A stretch of DNA of 52,119 bases, from positions 1 to 52,119 of IMG/VR virus record IMGVR_UViG_3300029183_000005. One strand, 5' to 3'. The notes under the pieces were generated by a model. It was not told the DNA's origin, searched no databases, and saw nothing but the letters and a program-made list of their open reading frames with translations. Origin of the DNA: a virus. Its lineage: Duplodnaviria; Caudoviricetes. The position numbers and the translations under genes were made by a program. Each line of letters begins with the position of its first letter. The stretch's first letter is position 1. Of the stretch, positions 24,942 to 35,262 are shown piece by piece.

Positions 24942-27900
24942 CTACTTAGGATCAGGCCAGTCAAACACGCTGCCACCCAGCATCTCGCCAAGGTTGAATC
25001 CTTGCTGAATGCCGGGAACGTTTTGACCAGGGAACAATCGACGGAATGCTTTGAACTCTGCGCGGGATGGGGCGAGGCCGTCAGTCAGAAGACCGTCCGC
25101 GCCTTTGGTCGCCGTGGCCACATCGAACGCGAGACCTACAGTTGGTCCCAGGAGAACATCGGCGGGCGATCGGTTGCGAAGTCGAGCTGGCGTGCCGTCC
25201 TTGCGTTCACCGTCTTCGTCAGTTAGGCGGCCGACCCACTTACGCGGACCAGTGCCGGCGACGGATTGCATCGTGGCGGTGATGTCCAGCATGATTGGTG
25301 AGAACGTGCCACGATCGAGGACGTCGAAGAACTGCTTGCTCGGGTTCTCTTCCCACTGACTGATGTACGACGCCAATAGAGGATCACCGTTGTCCTTGTC
25401 GTTTCCTTGCGCGTCACCTCGGCCGAGACCGAACTTCAAGAACGATACCAGCGTCGCGGCCGACAACATTCCCATCATCCCGAGTGCGTAACCAGCTGCC
25501 CCGCTCACACCGGTTCCTAGACCAGAGAGTTGTGCGTTGCGCTGGACGATACGGGATTGCGAGGCCACCATGTGAGATCGAAACTGAAGCAGCATCTTAC
25601 CGACCGGTGACGAGAAGAACGTCGGGAGTTCCGTATTCTCCGGTGTCACAATCAGGTTGCCAGACTCACGGTTCAACGCCGCGCGCATCTTGTTGGATAT
25701 CGGGCCTTCCCACTCATCGAAACGAGCGAACGGGATGCCGAATTCCTGCTTGGATGCTTGGCCGTCGTAGTTCCGCTTGATGCCATCGAGAACGTTGTGG
25801 TCGATGCCGAGGTTCGACAGCCACGCGCGTTCCTTCTTCGACAGTTTGCTCCAACCTCTGCCAGCGTCGTCAAGGATACGAGCCTGCGTCGTGTTGTAAG
25901 CGATCTGCTTGACCATCGAGTTCCAGTACGTGATACCTGACATCTTTGAGAAACGTCGTGAGGCTTCGCGTTGGAAGTGTCGGTGCATTTGGGAGATGCC
26001 GGCTTCGTCCCGGATACCTGCCATCTGTGCGATGCGGGCGTTCAGGGCGAGTTCGATATTGGCGCCCGCGTACCGTGACAGTCGACGCATTTCTCCACGC
26101 TGGAGTTTGTCAGCGTCAATCCACGCCCGGCCCCAGTTCGCACGGTATTCACGCATGAGAGGCATGACGCCGTGTCGGATTGTGGGGGTGAAGCCGTTGA
26201 CCATCATGAGGTTGCCGACATCTGCCAAGGACGAGATGACCGTGCCGCCCATGAGACGGACAAAGTTCCACGTTCTCGCCCAACTGGCCAGGGTCTCGAT
26301 CGAACTGTCTTTGAAGGACGACTCGAATGTGCCGCGGTTGATCTCGACGCGTTCGTTGATGATCTCTTCGGCGCGTCCGAGTTCTTCGCGGATAGACCGT
26401 TCTTCGTCTGGGGTCAGGGTTCCGCGTTCACGTTTGTCTTCGATGAACTCTTCGACGTCCCGACGCATCTCACGCATCTGGGCTTCAAGTCTTACGTCGC
26501 CGACCTCGACATCTTCTACTGTTGTCGTGCCGTCATCGTTCTGTCGGGACCGCTTTACGAACCTCTTGAATACGGAACCCATAGCGGCATCGGCACCGGC
26601 AGTCTGTGCGTAGCGGTTCGCAATGTCGAACACGTCGTCGACTAGATACCCGTTATTCGCCAGAACTTCGTCGGGAATCAGGAACGAACGACCCTTCTCG
26701 AAGCCACGCGCGGATGACTGACCGAACGTTACCTCGTAATCGCCATGTCGTCCTTCTTCGCCGAGAAGTTTACGTCGGGTCTGGGTTGCTAATTTCTTAG
26801 CCTCATCATCTATTTTGCCTTCGTCCCGTAGCCTGTCCGGGAGCCGCTTGATTTTCTCGACGTCGATGCTTTCGGCTTTGATGCGCTTTTTACCTTCGGC
26901 GTCGATTTCTTTGAGCTTTTGGGCAAGTGCCTTCTCCTCATCCGCAATGGATTTCTTCGTTTGTTTCACAAGGATCTTGAAGCCTGAAACGTCGGCCAGA
27001 CCGTCGTAGTCTTTGGCGGCAACCTTCCGGGCAACGGCTTCTCTGTCAGCCTTTGGCCTACGGCCTATCTTCGGCTTGGCCTCGGCTGCAAACTTGTTCT
27101 CGATCGACTCGACGGCTTTACGAGAGTCCTGTTGCGCCTTGGTCGACTTGCTCTGAACCTCGGCGTTTACTTCGTCCTGAAGTTCCTTATTGGCTTGACG
27201 GGCCTCCGCGGCTTGAAGGTCGCGCTGTTGACGGGTCGTCCGATTGGTCAGAGCCTCGGCGCGTAGAACGTCGCGGTAGTATTCGTACGCCAAGTTCAGG
27301 AACGAACCATCCGTGTCGAAGCCGCCCTTGTCTTTCAGGATAGCGTCTCGATCGTAGATGCGCGTCACGTAGGAGAGAGCACCCCTAACATCGACATCCG
27401 GCCCGAGCGTGCCATTCTCTTGGAGGCGCTTCAGGATCGGAGCGAACACTTCCTTCCGCCACAGCTTCGCCAGTTCCGAGATCGCCGCGTCGCCTTGAGG
27501 ATCTTCGTCGCCGTTGATCATCGCGTGGTAGACACGTCGCGCGAACTCTTGGCGGTCTCCATACTTCGATCGAGACTCCAACCGACCTTCACTTGCGCCT
27601 CTGACGATCCGACCGCCACCAGCTTTTCGGAACAACTCTTCAGCGTGGAAGCGTGCGTTCGCAATGCCAGCTTGATACTCTGCCTGGATGTCACGGACGG
27701 ATGCGGCACCTGTTGGGTTAGCGATACCTTCCGCGTTGTCGGCGGTGATTCGCGTCACGTTGAACAGTCGGAGGCCAATCTGTCGGACAGGGTCCAACGT
27801 CGAGTTCAAGAATTCCGTTTCAGGGTTCCGAATGGCTTTGAACGAAACACCGGTAAACGGTCGAGCCAAGAAGAAGTCGTTTGCCTTTTCCCAGCCAGCC

Positions 27901-28715
27901 AAGATCCGAGAGTTCGACGGCGCCTTTCCAGTATTCACATGCGCAGAGACAGCGCCATCGATCTGAGCAGCACCGACCGACCCTTTACCCGAGCCGTATC
28001 GACCCTGGAAGACGTCGTTCAGTTCGCTCTCGATTTGACGCTTACGTGCCGGGCTGATCAGATCGTTCGAAAGACGCGCAGCCCCAACGCCGATTACGCC
28101 ACCGAGGATAGCCGACAAGGCGACGCTTGACACACTCTCTTCCAACGTACGGGTCAGCTGTGTACTTTGAAGGGACGTTTCCGCGACCGCAGCTTGACCA
28201 CTGGTTAGGGCTGCAACGTTTCGGAACTTCTGTGCCGCGGTCAGACCCTTTCGAGCTACGCCGATACCAGGGATGTAGTTGGTAGGATCGGCAAGTCCAA
28301 CAGCCAGTTCCGCCGCAAGCCATCCACCAGTGGACATAGAGCCAACGATCTCGCGGTCATGTAGTTCACGTTCGAGCTGCTTCTTCGCCGCTTCGTACTC
28401 GGACACCGTGTTGACATCCGTGAACGACATCATGTGGTCGGAGAACCCATCCTTCTCGATCCGGTCCATCAAGTCGTCTGAGTTGATATACGGTGAGTTG
28501 TCGGTTTCGGGTTCTTCCTGTGCGAAAAAGGAGCCGAGTACGTTGGAGCTACGCCAGACCGCCCCCATTGCTTCGGCAGTCGTGTAGTCGATTTCCTCGG
28601 AGGGTAATTGATTTTCGAGTGCCGATGCGGCTGCCCTGCGAACCTGGAGACCGCGGTTACGGTCCTCTGGACTCGGGGAAGGCAAGCCGGTGGGAATGGT
28701 CGTTACGTCTACCAT
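24942..28715 (-). CDS. Large internal virion (ejection) protein, gp16-like
   Basis: 1257 aa helical protein in the T7-like position before the fibre; C-terminal PVGKMLLQFRS...LLGPT...RLFPGQN pattern. Confidence 0.8.
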   Translation of the reverse strand: MVDVTTIPTGLPSPSPEDRNRGLQVRRAAASALENQLPSEEIDYTTAEAMGAVWRSSNVLGSFFAQEEPETDNSPYINSDDLMDRIEKDGFSDHMMSFTDVNTVSEYEAAKKQLERELHDREIVGSMSTGGWLAAELAVGLADPTNYIPGIGVARKGLTAAQKFRNVAALTSGQAAVAETSLQSTQLTRTLEESVSSVALSAILGGVIGVGAARLSNDLISPARKRQIESELNDVFQGRYGSGKGSVGAAQIDGAVSAHVNTGKAPSNSRILAGWEKANDFFLARPFTGVSFKAIRNPETEFLNSTLDPVRQIGLRLFNVTRITADNAEGIANPTGAASVRDIQAEYQAGIANARFHAEELFRKAGGGRIVRGASEGRLESRSKYGDRQEFARRVYHAMINGDEDPQGDAAISELAKLWRKEVFAPILKRLQENGTLGPDVDVRGALSYVTRIYDRDAILKDKGGFDTDGSFLNLAYEYYRDVLRAEALTNRTTRQQRDLQAAEARQANKELQDEVNAEVQSKSTKAQQDSRKAVESIENKFAAEAKPKIGRRPKADREAVARKVAAKDYDGLADVSGFKILVKQTKKSIADEEKALAQKLKEIDAEGKKRIKAESIDVEKIKRLPDRLRDEGKIDDEAKKLATQTRRKLLGEEGRHGDYEVTFGQSSARGFEKGRSFLIPDEVLANNGYLVDDVFDIANRYAQTAGADAAMGSVFKRFVKRSRQNDDGTTTVEDVEVGDVRLEAQMREMRRDVEEFIEDKRERGTLTPDEERSIREELGRAEEIINERVEINRGTFESSFKDSSIETLASWARTWNFVRLMGGTVISSLADVGNLMMVNGFTPTIRHGVMPLMREYRANWGRAWIDADKLQRGEMRRLSRYAGANIELALNARIAQMAGIRDEAGISQMHRHFQREASRRFSKMSGITYWNSMVKQIAYNTTQARILDDAGRGWSKLSKKERAWLSNLGIDHNVLDGIKRNYDGQASKQEFGIPFARFDEWEGPISNKMRAALNRESGNLIVTPENTELPTFFSSPVGKMLLQFRSHMVASQSRIVQRNAQLSGLGTGVSGAAGYALGMMGMLSAATLVSFLKFGLGRGDAQGNDKDNGDPLLASYISQWEENPSKQFFDVLDRGTFSPIMLDITATMQSVAGTGPRKWVGRLTDEDGERKDGTPARLRNRSPADVLLGPTVGLAFDVATATKGADGLLTDGLAPSRAEFKAFRRLFPGQNVPGIQQGFNLGEMLGGSVFDWPDPK

Positions 28716-28737
28716 TGAGAGTTACCTCGTTGACAAG

Positions 28738-29091
28738 TCAATTTCCGTAGTCGACTGCAACGATGCGCCCGTCGACACGACCGAAACTGTCAAGCTTAGC
28801 TTCAACAGGAACGACGAACTCACCATCGTCGATCCAATCATCCATGATCGAGCAGAAGTCTTCGTACTCTTCGCGCGTCAGCGGATCTGCTCTCTTCATC
28901 ACAAGCAGCCAGCCTCCGGGAATAGACCAGTGTACGGGACAGAGTTTTGGATGTCGCATGGACGAAAATCGGCGCTCTTGCATGTTCGCCAACAGTCCAA
29001 GAAGGAACAGGCGCCACTCAGTTAGCGCAGGAACCTTGAAGGCATACCGACCGACCAACCAAACTGTACGGGTTGTCCCGTATCTCAACAT
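28738..29091 (-). CDS. Minimal protein-kinase-like protein (117 aa)
   Basis: GTTRTV, YAFK, NMQE, HPKLCPV, LLVMKRA, EAKLDSF, IVAVDYG in kinase motif order; AAGGA RBS. Confidence 0.65.
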   Translation of the reverse strand: MLRYGTTRTVWLVGRYAFKVPALTEWRLFLLGLLANMQERRFSSMRHPKLCPVHWSIPGGWLLVMKRADPLTREEYEDFCSIMDDWIDDGEFVVPVEAKLDSFGRVDGRIVAVDYGN

Positions 29092-29102
29092 AGATAATTT
29101 CC

Positions 29103-31550
29103 TTAGTCGTCTGTCGCTCTGCCGGTTGGTTCGAGATCAACGCCACCGTCCGGAGTCGTCGCGAACCCTTGACGCTGCTGTGAAAACTCTTGACGTCGCG
29201 CTTGTCTGATCTCTTCCTGGTCCGGAATGTCCGGTTGGAAGGGCTGTTCGATAACGCCGATGAGACCGTCCTTACGTCGGTAGGCCACCATGTACCTGGG
29301 ACTACGACCCTGCGTTACGTCTTCGCGGGTCTGACCGGTCGGGATGATGCGGATCTCCGGGTCATCGGGGATCAACCTCTTGTCCGTTCCTTCGATCGTC
29401 AGACCAGTCGTAACGTGGGCCTTTGCCTGGGTCGTGATGTATTCCTTCTCGCCATCTGCATCGGGCGGATAGAACTTCTCGGGTGGGTAGGCCATGAGAG
29501 TTTGGCTTTGATCGGAAGCGGCAACCGTAGACACGCCATACACTCGTTTCATTTGGTGAATTGCGATCTTGTCCGCGGACTCGTGGTCGTGCCCCTGGAT
29601 ACGCGCGTTCGTGTAGTGCTGCCGGTACGTGGTGACAGCGACTTGACCGCGCGTATCGTTGACGGGTGCGGGTGCGGCCAGCAAGATTGTGTCATCGAAC
29701 TTGTCGGCGAGCGCCGAGAACTTCAGCTTCTTCAGATCGTCATTGATCTCAGCCCGAAGGTTATCGACGTTGATCTTCGTTGCCTTGTCCCGAGCGAGAT
29801 CGATTGTTCGCACGGCTTGGTCAGGAGTCATGAACCCACCGACCGCACTGTCCGGATCATCATCGCCACCGGTGAGGGCAACATACTGCTCGACCATCGT
29901 CTTCGTGCCAGCATCGAGTTTCGACTGCTTGAGCGCGGCCGGATCTTCCCGCGTAACGCCAGCCAGGAATTCTAGAGCCGTGAGACGTCCTTCACCCTTC
30001 TGCTGGATTGCGGTCTGGAGCTGCTGCGCCATTGCATCTGGGACAAACTTCGAGTTCCTGATCACTTCACGCGCTGTGCCAATAGCGGTGTTGTCGCCAG
30101 TGAGGATGCCCGTGCCGAGATCAACGCGCTGCGAAGCCATGTACGAGTTGACGACTTTTTTCGCCTGCTTGTCGCCATGCCGAACCGCAATGTCCCCATT
30201 GACGACACCCGCGCCGGCCACTTGAACCTGGATAGCCTTGGCATTCTTTTTCATTGACTTGACGACGCCGGCATACAGCTCAGCAACGTCTTCCGAGTTC
30301 AGTGTCGACACATCCAGGTTCGTCGCGGACTTCAGAACTTCCCGCGCCTTGTCGGTGTCGCCGGTATACTCGGGCTGCTTGACGGGCGGGGCACCTCGCA
30401 TCTCCTGGAAGTGGATAGGATCGCGACCGCGGATCTCCAGCGGATTGACGAGACCAAACTTCTCAGAGTTGTCGTGCATCCACGCGAGAGCTGCTTTGAA
30501 GTCAGGGCGTTGGTAGTCAGAGCGTTGGCCACTTGTCGGACCCACGTCGATCGCGGTACCGAAGTTGTGTCGGGATCGGCCAGGGGGTGCCGCGAGAGGT
30601 CCACCAGCCAGATACTTGGCGTGGAGGCGGGCCTGCTTTGCGACTGACCGGTGCCCGGACACAATAGACAGAGCGTCCCTATGCTCTTTCGGCATTGCCG
30701 CAAACATCGCATTGAGGCGTGTCAGCGTAGAGCCTGAGAGCCCGCGCATGTTGATGCCAGTGTGGACTTTGACCTGCTTCGTGATCGCGCGCAGAGTCTC
30801 ATTCGGAGAAGTCGGCGTCCGTTGGAACGTCTCAACCACCTTCGCACTGAACTTAGCGGCCAGTGCTGGGTCTTGCGTGATCTTCGCCCGGATCTGAGAC
30901 CGAACGATCTCCCGTGTGCCATTGGCAATGAAGCGTTCGAGAGCTTGTCCCTTCAGGCCAGATGTCTCTCGGCCGAGTCGCGCCCATTCTTTGATGTGTT
31001 CGCCAGCAGAGTTCGGATCGAGCCCGGCAGCGGCAGTCAGGTTCTCCAACTCACCGCGATAGAACTTCGTCTTGAACTGCGCACGGCCGCGGTCTTCTGC
31101 CTTCCGCGTACCGGTTATCAGATCGAGCATGTACTTCTCGTACTGCGCGGCCTGTTTGGTTCCCGGTTGGACACCAAGGGCTTTCATACGAGCCTGAGCA
31201 CGTTGGGCAGCAAAGTTTCCGAGTTCCTCGGTCGTGCCGCTCGGGTCGTCCCCTTTGGCTTCGCCGATTTCTGATCTCTTCTCTTCGACTTCTTCCCTGA
31301 GCCTGCGGAGATCCATCTCGATACCGAAGGACTCATCCGCCTTAGCCTGTCGTTCGAGGCGCTTGCGATCGGCTTCCTCGTGCTGAAGAACCTGCGTTTC
31401 CAATTCGAACTTCGCGAGTTCCTCGGACTGCACGGTTCGCCCGAACCTCTGGACGGCACGGCCAACCTGATCCGCGGCTCTGAAGGGACGCAGAAATCGT
31501 GCGCCCGTGTCCAATGTTTGGCGTTCGCCATAGACTGGTAGCTGTGCCAT
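29103..31550 (-). CDS. Internal virion protein (gp15-like) with M15 peptidase domain
   Basis: SGHRSVAKQARL...APPGRSRHNFGTAID...KFGL...DPIHFQ matches VanY/M15 Zn peptidase motifs. Confidence 0.82.
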   Translation of the reverse strand: MAQLPVYGERQTLDTGARFLRPFRAADQVGRAVQRFGRTVQSEELAKFELETQVLQHEEADRKRLERQAKADESFGIEMDLRRLREEVEEKRSEIGEAKGDDPSGTTEELGNFAAQRAQARMKALGVQPGTKQAAQYEKYMLDLITGTRKAEDRGRAQFKTKFYRGELENLTAAAGLDPNSAGEHIKEWARLGRETSGLKGQALERFIANGTREIVRSQIRAKITQDPALAAKFSAKVVETFQRTPTSPNETLRAITKQVKVHTGINMRGLSGSTLTRLNAMFAAMPKEHRDALSIVSGHRSVAKQARLHAKYLAGGPLAAPPGRSRHNFGTAIDVGPTSGQRSDYQRPDFKAALAWMHDNSEKFGLVNPLEIRGRDPIHFQEMRGAPPVKQPEYTGDTDKAREVLKSATNLDVSTLNSEDVAELYAGVVKSMKKNAKAIQVQVAGAGVVNGDIAVRHGDKQAKKVVNSYMASQRVDLGTGILTGDNTAIGTAREVIRNSKFVPDAMAQQLQTAIQQKGEGRLTALEFLAGVTREDPAALKQSKLDAGTKTMVEQYVALTGGDDDPDSAVGGFMTPDQAVRTIDLARDKATKINVDNLRAEINDDLKKLKFSALADKFDDTILLAAPAPVNDTRGQVAVTTYRQHYTNARIQGHDHESADKIAIHQMKRVYGVSTVAASDQSQTLMAYPPEKFYPPDADGEKEYITTQAKAHVTTGLTIEGTDKRLIPDDPEIRIIPTGQTREDVTQGRSPRYMVAYRRKDGLIGVIEQPFQPDIPDQEEIRQARRQEFSQQRQGFATTPDGGVDLEPTGRATDD

Positions 31551-31558
31551 GTATTCCT

Positions 31559-32014
31559 CTAGACGAGTTGACGGCGCGTACTCGCTCTGGAGGCCCTGGA
31601 AATGCCACTGAATAAGGCAGATCCAGCACCAATAAATCCAGCCGTTCGAGACGACCTTGCCTGGGAGCGCGAGTTGTTTGCTTGTGATCGAAGGTTCGCA
31701 GAGCGATTAGCCCCGCCCTGTCTTATGATCGCGACTTCGGATGCGTTCGTCTGGAGATCATCAGCCAGGACCTCAGAGAAGTTAGCCAACGACGCGCCTG
31801 AACCACCTATGGAAGCAATGACAGACCCCTGGTGCCTCCGGAAGTTTCTGTCTTCCCGATCGGCCTCAAGTTCTGCTCGCTGTTCTTCCTGTGTCGCTTG
31901 TTGTTCAAAGAGTTTGGCGTTCGCATTGTGGGCAGCAGCCTGCGCGTTCCCTTGTTGGATAGCGCCAACGGCCGAGAATGCCGCCCCTGCGATAGCCAGT
32001 GCGAGCATGCACAT
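31559..32014 (-). CDS. Internal virion protein (gp14-like)
   Basis: MC start, Ala/Gly/Gln-rich, hydrophobic ends; follows tail tubular B. Confidence 0.8.
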   Translation of the reverse strand: MCMLALAIAGAAFSAVGAIQQGNAQAAAHNANAKLFEQQATQEEQRAELEADREDRNFRRHQGSVIASIGGSGASLANFSEVLADDLQTNASEVAIIRQGGANRSANLRSQANNSRSQARSSRTAGFIGAGSALFSGISRASRASTRRQLV

Positions 32015-32017
32015 AGG

Positions 32018-34078
32018 CTACTCCACTTCAATGTGTGCGTTGATGCCGCGTACGGTGGACGGTAGAGGTTCGTTGACCTTCCACTGGATGCGGCCTTCGT
32101 CGTCCCAACTATCGTCGACAGTGATTTCCTTGCGGTCAGTGATCAGAGCCAACGGGCCGCCCATTACGTCTTGCGCTTCCCGGAACTGCACGAGTTCGAG
32201 ATTATCGTTTCGAGTACCGACCCGAAGGCCAACGGAGTCCAGGACAGACACCACGACAGAGTAGACGCGAGTCTTGAGACCCATCCGAGAGCCTTGCGGA
32301 GTTTCCAATGGTGGCGGAAGCGTCTCGCATAGGTTCGGGATGTTGAAGCCATAGATGATGGTCTCTGCTTCTCGGTCATTCGGAAGAGTCAGTACGCCAG
32401 CCGCAGAAATGGTCTGTTCAGGAACCGGTGAGCCATCTGCATAGATCGCGACAGTCTCGTTCGCTAGATGAGTGATGCCCGAGACAGTGTTGGTTGCCAC
32501 GCCCGTGTACTTGCCGCCGCAGTCGACCAGCCACGCATCATTTCGTGCATGGATCTTCGAGTCGAACAGGGGCTGCAGTCGTTCAACGTAGCGAACAGTC
32601 GATCCGTTTATGTCTCGCTTGACGATCAGCCACACATCGGTCTGGTCAGGCCCTTGAATGGTTTCAACGTCCTCGACTGTGACGTTTGTGCCTGCGATCG
32701 TATGTCGGTGGTAACCGGTGATCTCTTCGTTCTTGTCGAAGGTCGTTCCTATCAGCTCGCCATCGCCATTGATCCACCACAAAATTCGGTCGGGCACTTG
32801 CTGCCAAGCAAACCGCGTAACACCTTTCGCAAGAAGATGCGCACTCAGGACTGATATGTCTGGCGCTTGAAGGCGATTAGTGCCGCCATCAAGGACAAGG
32901 TCATGAATAGACCTTCCGTACTCACCGGCAAATAGGGTGCTAGCTCCGACAGACGCTGGTACGACAGTTGAACTTCCAAAGTTTTCTTCCTGCTGTTGGT
33001 AGAAGTTCCGCGCAGTCATAACCGCGTCGGGGTCTTTAGAGCCGATAGTGCGTATGGCAGAGTCAGTGCCAAGTTGAACGCGGCCTTTCTCGACCATCCA
33101 CAAAATGGGATCGGCCAGACCACGGATCTCCCTGTAGAAGCCGTTATTGTCGTTGACCGTGCCGTCCAGATCTGTAGGCGTGCTGCGGAGAGGTACGTCC
33201 ACAAAGGATGCTGACACGCCGCGCGGATTGAACGTGAAACCGCCGAGTAGTAGGCGACTGTCATAGAACTCAATGGCACGCGGATTGTTGCCCGTGTACA
33301 TGACACCGAGCTGCCACGTGCCTGTTGACCCTGCCGTGCCTCCGGGCGTTCCCGCACCAGACGGGACAGCTGTAATGTTGATGACATCAATCGACGTCGT
33401 AGAATTCACTGCCGAGATCGTGCACCAGTAATAGAACCCAGTGATCTGGAAGCGGAAGTGTCGGCCAATGTCAGTCGAAGCACTAAATCCGTTGCCATCG
33501 TTGATGTGGTCAGTGTTCGTGAACGTGAACGTCTGGGATGGTGTGGTGTCCGGATCGGATGGGACAGTGAGGTTGTTAGCCGTGTCATTCAGCGGGAAGT
33601 AAGGACCATCTTCAAAGACGGCGGCCGTCAGAGTCCACGTCGTCGTGGCGAAACGCTTCAGCTCGTAAACCGGGTGCGAAGGATGCACGATCCAGCAGAC
33701 GTCATTTTCCTGCCTGAGCTGAATGAGATCTAGGTCTGTCGTGTAGGGCGACGCGATCTCGTACGGTGTGGTCGGGTTAGGGATCTGCGAACCAGTCTGC
33801 GCGTCCCAGAACCTCAGAAAACCATCTGACGAGAACTCAAGAAGAATGCGTTCGTTCGATGAGAAGATGAACTTCCGGAAGACACTCGCGTTGTTGTTGC
33901 GCGTCGAGTTGCCCATGTATTCCGAGCCCGATCGACGACGCCAACCGCCCCACTTGAGGACGATCCAATTCCAAACTTGGGACATGCCCAATTGGTACAG
34001 TTCAAGGTCGCGGCGATCCTGGACGAGTTCTGTCAGTTCGCCCTTGGTGCCGCTGACCTTCAAATTATATCGGGCCAT
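32018..34078 (-). CDS. Tail tubular protein B (nozzle)
   Basis: GEL....RRDL..Y...GGWRRRSG, VHPSHP..L.R, EEITGYHRH, RYVERL; beta-propeller-like. Confidence 0.9.
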   Translation of the reverse strand: MARYNLKVSGTKGELTELVQDRRDLELYQLGMSQVWNWIVLKWGGWRRRSGSEYMGNSTRNNNASVFRKFIFSSNERILLEFSSDGFLRFWDAQTGSQIPNPTTPYEIASPYTTDLDLIQLRQENDVCWIVHPSHPVYELKRFATTTWTLTAAVFEDGPYFPLNDTANNLTVPSDPDTTPSQTFTFTNTDHINDGNGFSASTDIGRHFRFQITGFYYWCTISAVNSTTSIDVINITAVPSGAGTPGGTAGSTGTWQLGVMYTGNNPRAIEFYDSRLLLGGFTFNPRGVSASFVDVPLRSTPTDLDGTVNDNNGFYREIRGLADPILWMVEKGRVQLGTDSAIRTIGSKDPDAVMTARNFYQQQEENFGSSTVVPASVGASTLFAGEYGRSIHDLVLDGGTNRLQAPDISVLSAHLLAKGVTRFAWQQVPDRILWWINGDGELIGTTFDKNEEITGYHRHTIAGTNVTVEDVETIQGPDQTDVWLIVKRDINGSTVRYVERLQPLFDSKIHARNDAWLVDCGGKYTGVATNTVSGITHLANETVAIYADGSPVPEQTISAAGVLTLPNDREAETIIYGFNIPNLCETLPPPLETPQGSRMGLKTRVYSVVVSVLDSVGLRVGTRNDNLELVQFREAQDVMGGPLALITDRKEITVDDSWDDEGRIQWKVNEPLPSTVRGINAHIEVE

Positions 34079-34087
34079 TGGGGTCTC

Positions 34088-34720
34088 TTAGTTTAGAAGA
34101 GTGTCTGCGTAATTCGTGTCGAACGAACGAACGTCTACGATCTCCGACTCGATGAAGTCTTCGACCGTTCCCATTTCGAGAGAGTCGACATGACGTGCGT
34201 TGAAGAGAGATCGTTCGAGGGCTTGTTCGGCCTTCTGGAGGTAGGAGATTTTTCCGACGACGCGCTGTGCGGCATGAACGGCGATGTACTGTCCGAATGC
34301 ACGCGCGGCGAGGACATCCCAGTCCGGCATATTCACCTTCTTGACCCAGCCACCGATGTAGAGAGGGGCTTCGCAGTCAGTCCAGATCTTGTTGCCGACC
34401 TTTTCGTATAGGATGGGCCTGCCGTTGTGTTCCATCCGATACGTCAGAGGCATCAAGCGAAGATACTCAGTCGGGATGGTGTATTGATACTTCCACCGCA
34501 TCGGCGGGTCAGTCGTGTCTTTGGCGACCGTCCGGAAGTCCTTAGCGAAGGTCCACGGATAGGCTCGAATAAACTCGTCTCGAAGATACCCAAACTCGGC
34601 CGCGCAGAACTTGGCGAACGAGGTCGTGTCATCGAGAGAAGAAATACGTCGTTCGTCGAGAGTGTTCGCAGCCATGTTGGCCACGGCAACCTCCGACAGA
34701 GGAAGCTGTGTGTTAGCCAT
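34088..34720 (-). CDS. Tail tubular protein A (adaptor)
   Basis: VANMA...L....ISSL...YPWTFA...WKYQYTIP.EYLR; start set at MANTQ. Confidence 0.88.
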   Translation of the reverse strand: MANTQLPLSEVAVANMAANTLDERRISSLDDTTSFAKFCAAEFGYLRDEFIRAYPWTFAKDFRTVAKDTTDPPMRWKYQYTIPTEYLRLMPLTYRMEHNGRPILYEKVGNKIWTDCEAPLYIGGWVKKVNMPDWDVLAARAFGQYIAVHAAQRVVGKISYLQKAEQALERSLFNARHVDSLEMGTVEDFIESEIVDVRSFDTNYADTLLN

Positions 34721-34755
34721 GTGGTGTAACCGATCGGTAACAAAAATCAGGGAGG

Positions 34756-34838
34756 CCCACCGCCCCACACCAGAGTGTCATCAACGGCGAAGTCTTTAAG
34801 CCGTTGACAGTCCGGTGGTTCGAACTTGGGGCGGTGGG
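34756..34838 (-). other. Long intergenic hairpin (processing site, attenuator or ncRNA)
   Basis: Perfect 12-bp stem CCCACCGCCCCA/TGGGGCGGTGGG plus inner TCAACGGC/GCCGTTGA. Confidence 0.6.
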
Positions 34839-34867
34839 TAGGGCCAGCTAGTCGCGCGGGAAAGGTG

Positions 34868-34941
34868 CGCGGGATTAGCGGGCGGTTCGGAGATTATGCG
34901 GAGATTAAGGGTCGTATTGTCCGCAGATTGTGCGGAGATTA
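34868..34941. repeat. Five CGGAGATTA-like direct repeats
   Basis: Exact at 34888, 34899, 34933; variants at about 34869 and 34922. Confidence 0.7.
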
Positions 34942-35262
34942 GTGCCTGAGAACTGTCGGGCGTGGAGAAATGCTCGGTCGAACGGCGTGTTTCTCTAGCT
35001 GCTCAACGCGATAGCGCAACACAGCGCGGTCGGCGGCACCTTCGCCGGACATCATGTAGCGGTTGTCCAGAAACACGAACAAGGCCGACACGATCGCGAC
35101 CGTTACAGCAACCGTCCGTATGAGAGAGCTGAAGTCTGTGGGGTCCTTCCGTGTCTTCACAAAGTCGGTAAGGGCCGCGCTCATCTTTGTGACTTCATTC
35201 TTCATCTCACCAACGGTGTGCTCAAGAACTTCGACACGAGTTTCAACTGATCTAGCTGGCAT
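34939..35262 (-). CDS. Single-TM coiled-coil protein, holin candidate
   Basis: GAGGG RBS, last gene of the lysis cluster, one TM helix. Confidence 0.55.
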   Translation of the reverse strand: MPARSVETRVEVLEHTVGEMKNEVTKMSAALTDFVKTRKDPTDFSSLIRTVAVTVAIVSALFVFLDNRYMMSGEGAADRAVLRYRVEQLEKHAVRPSISPRPTVLRH

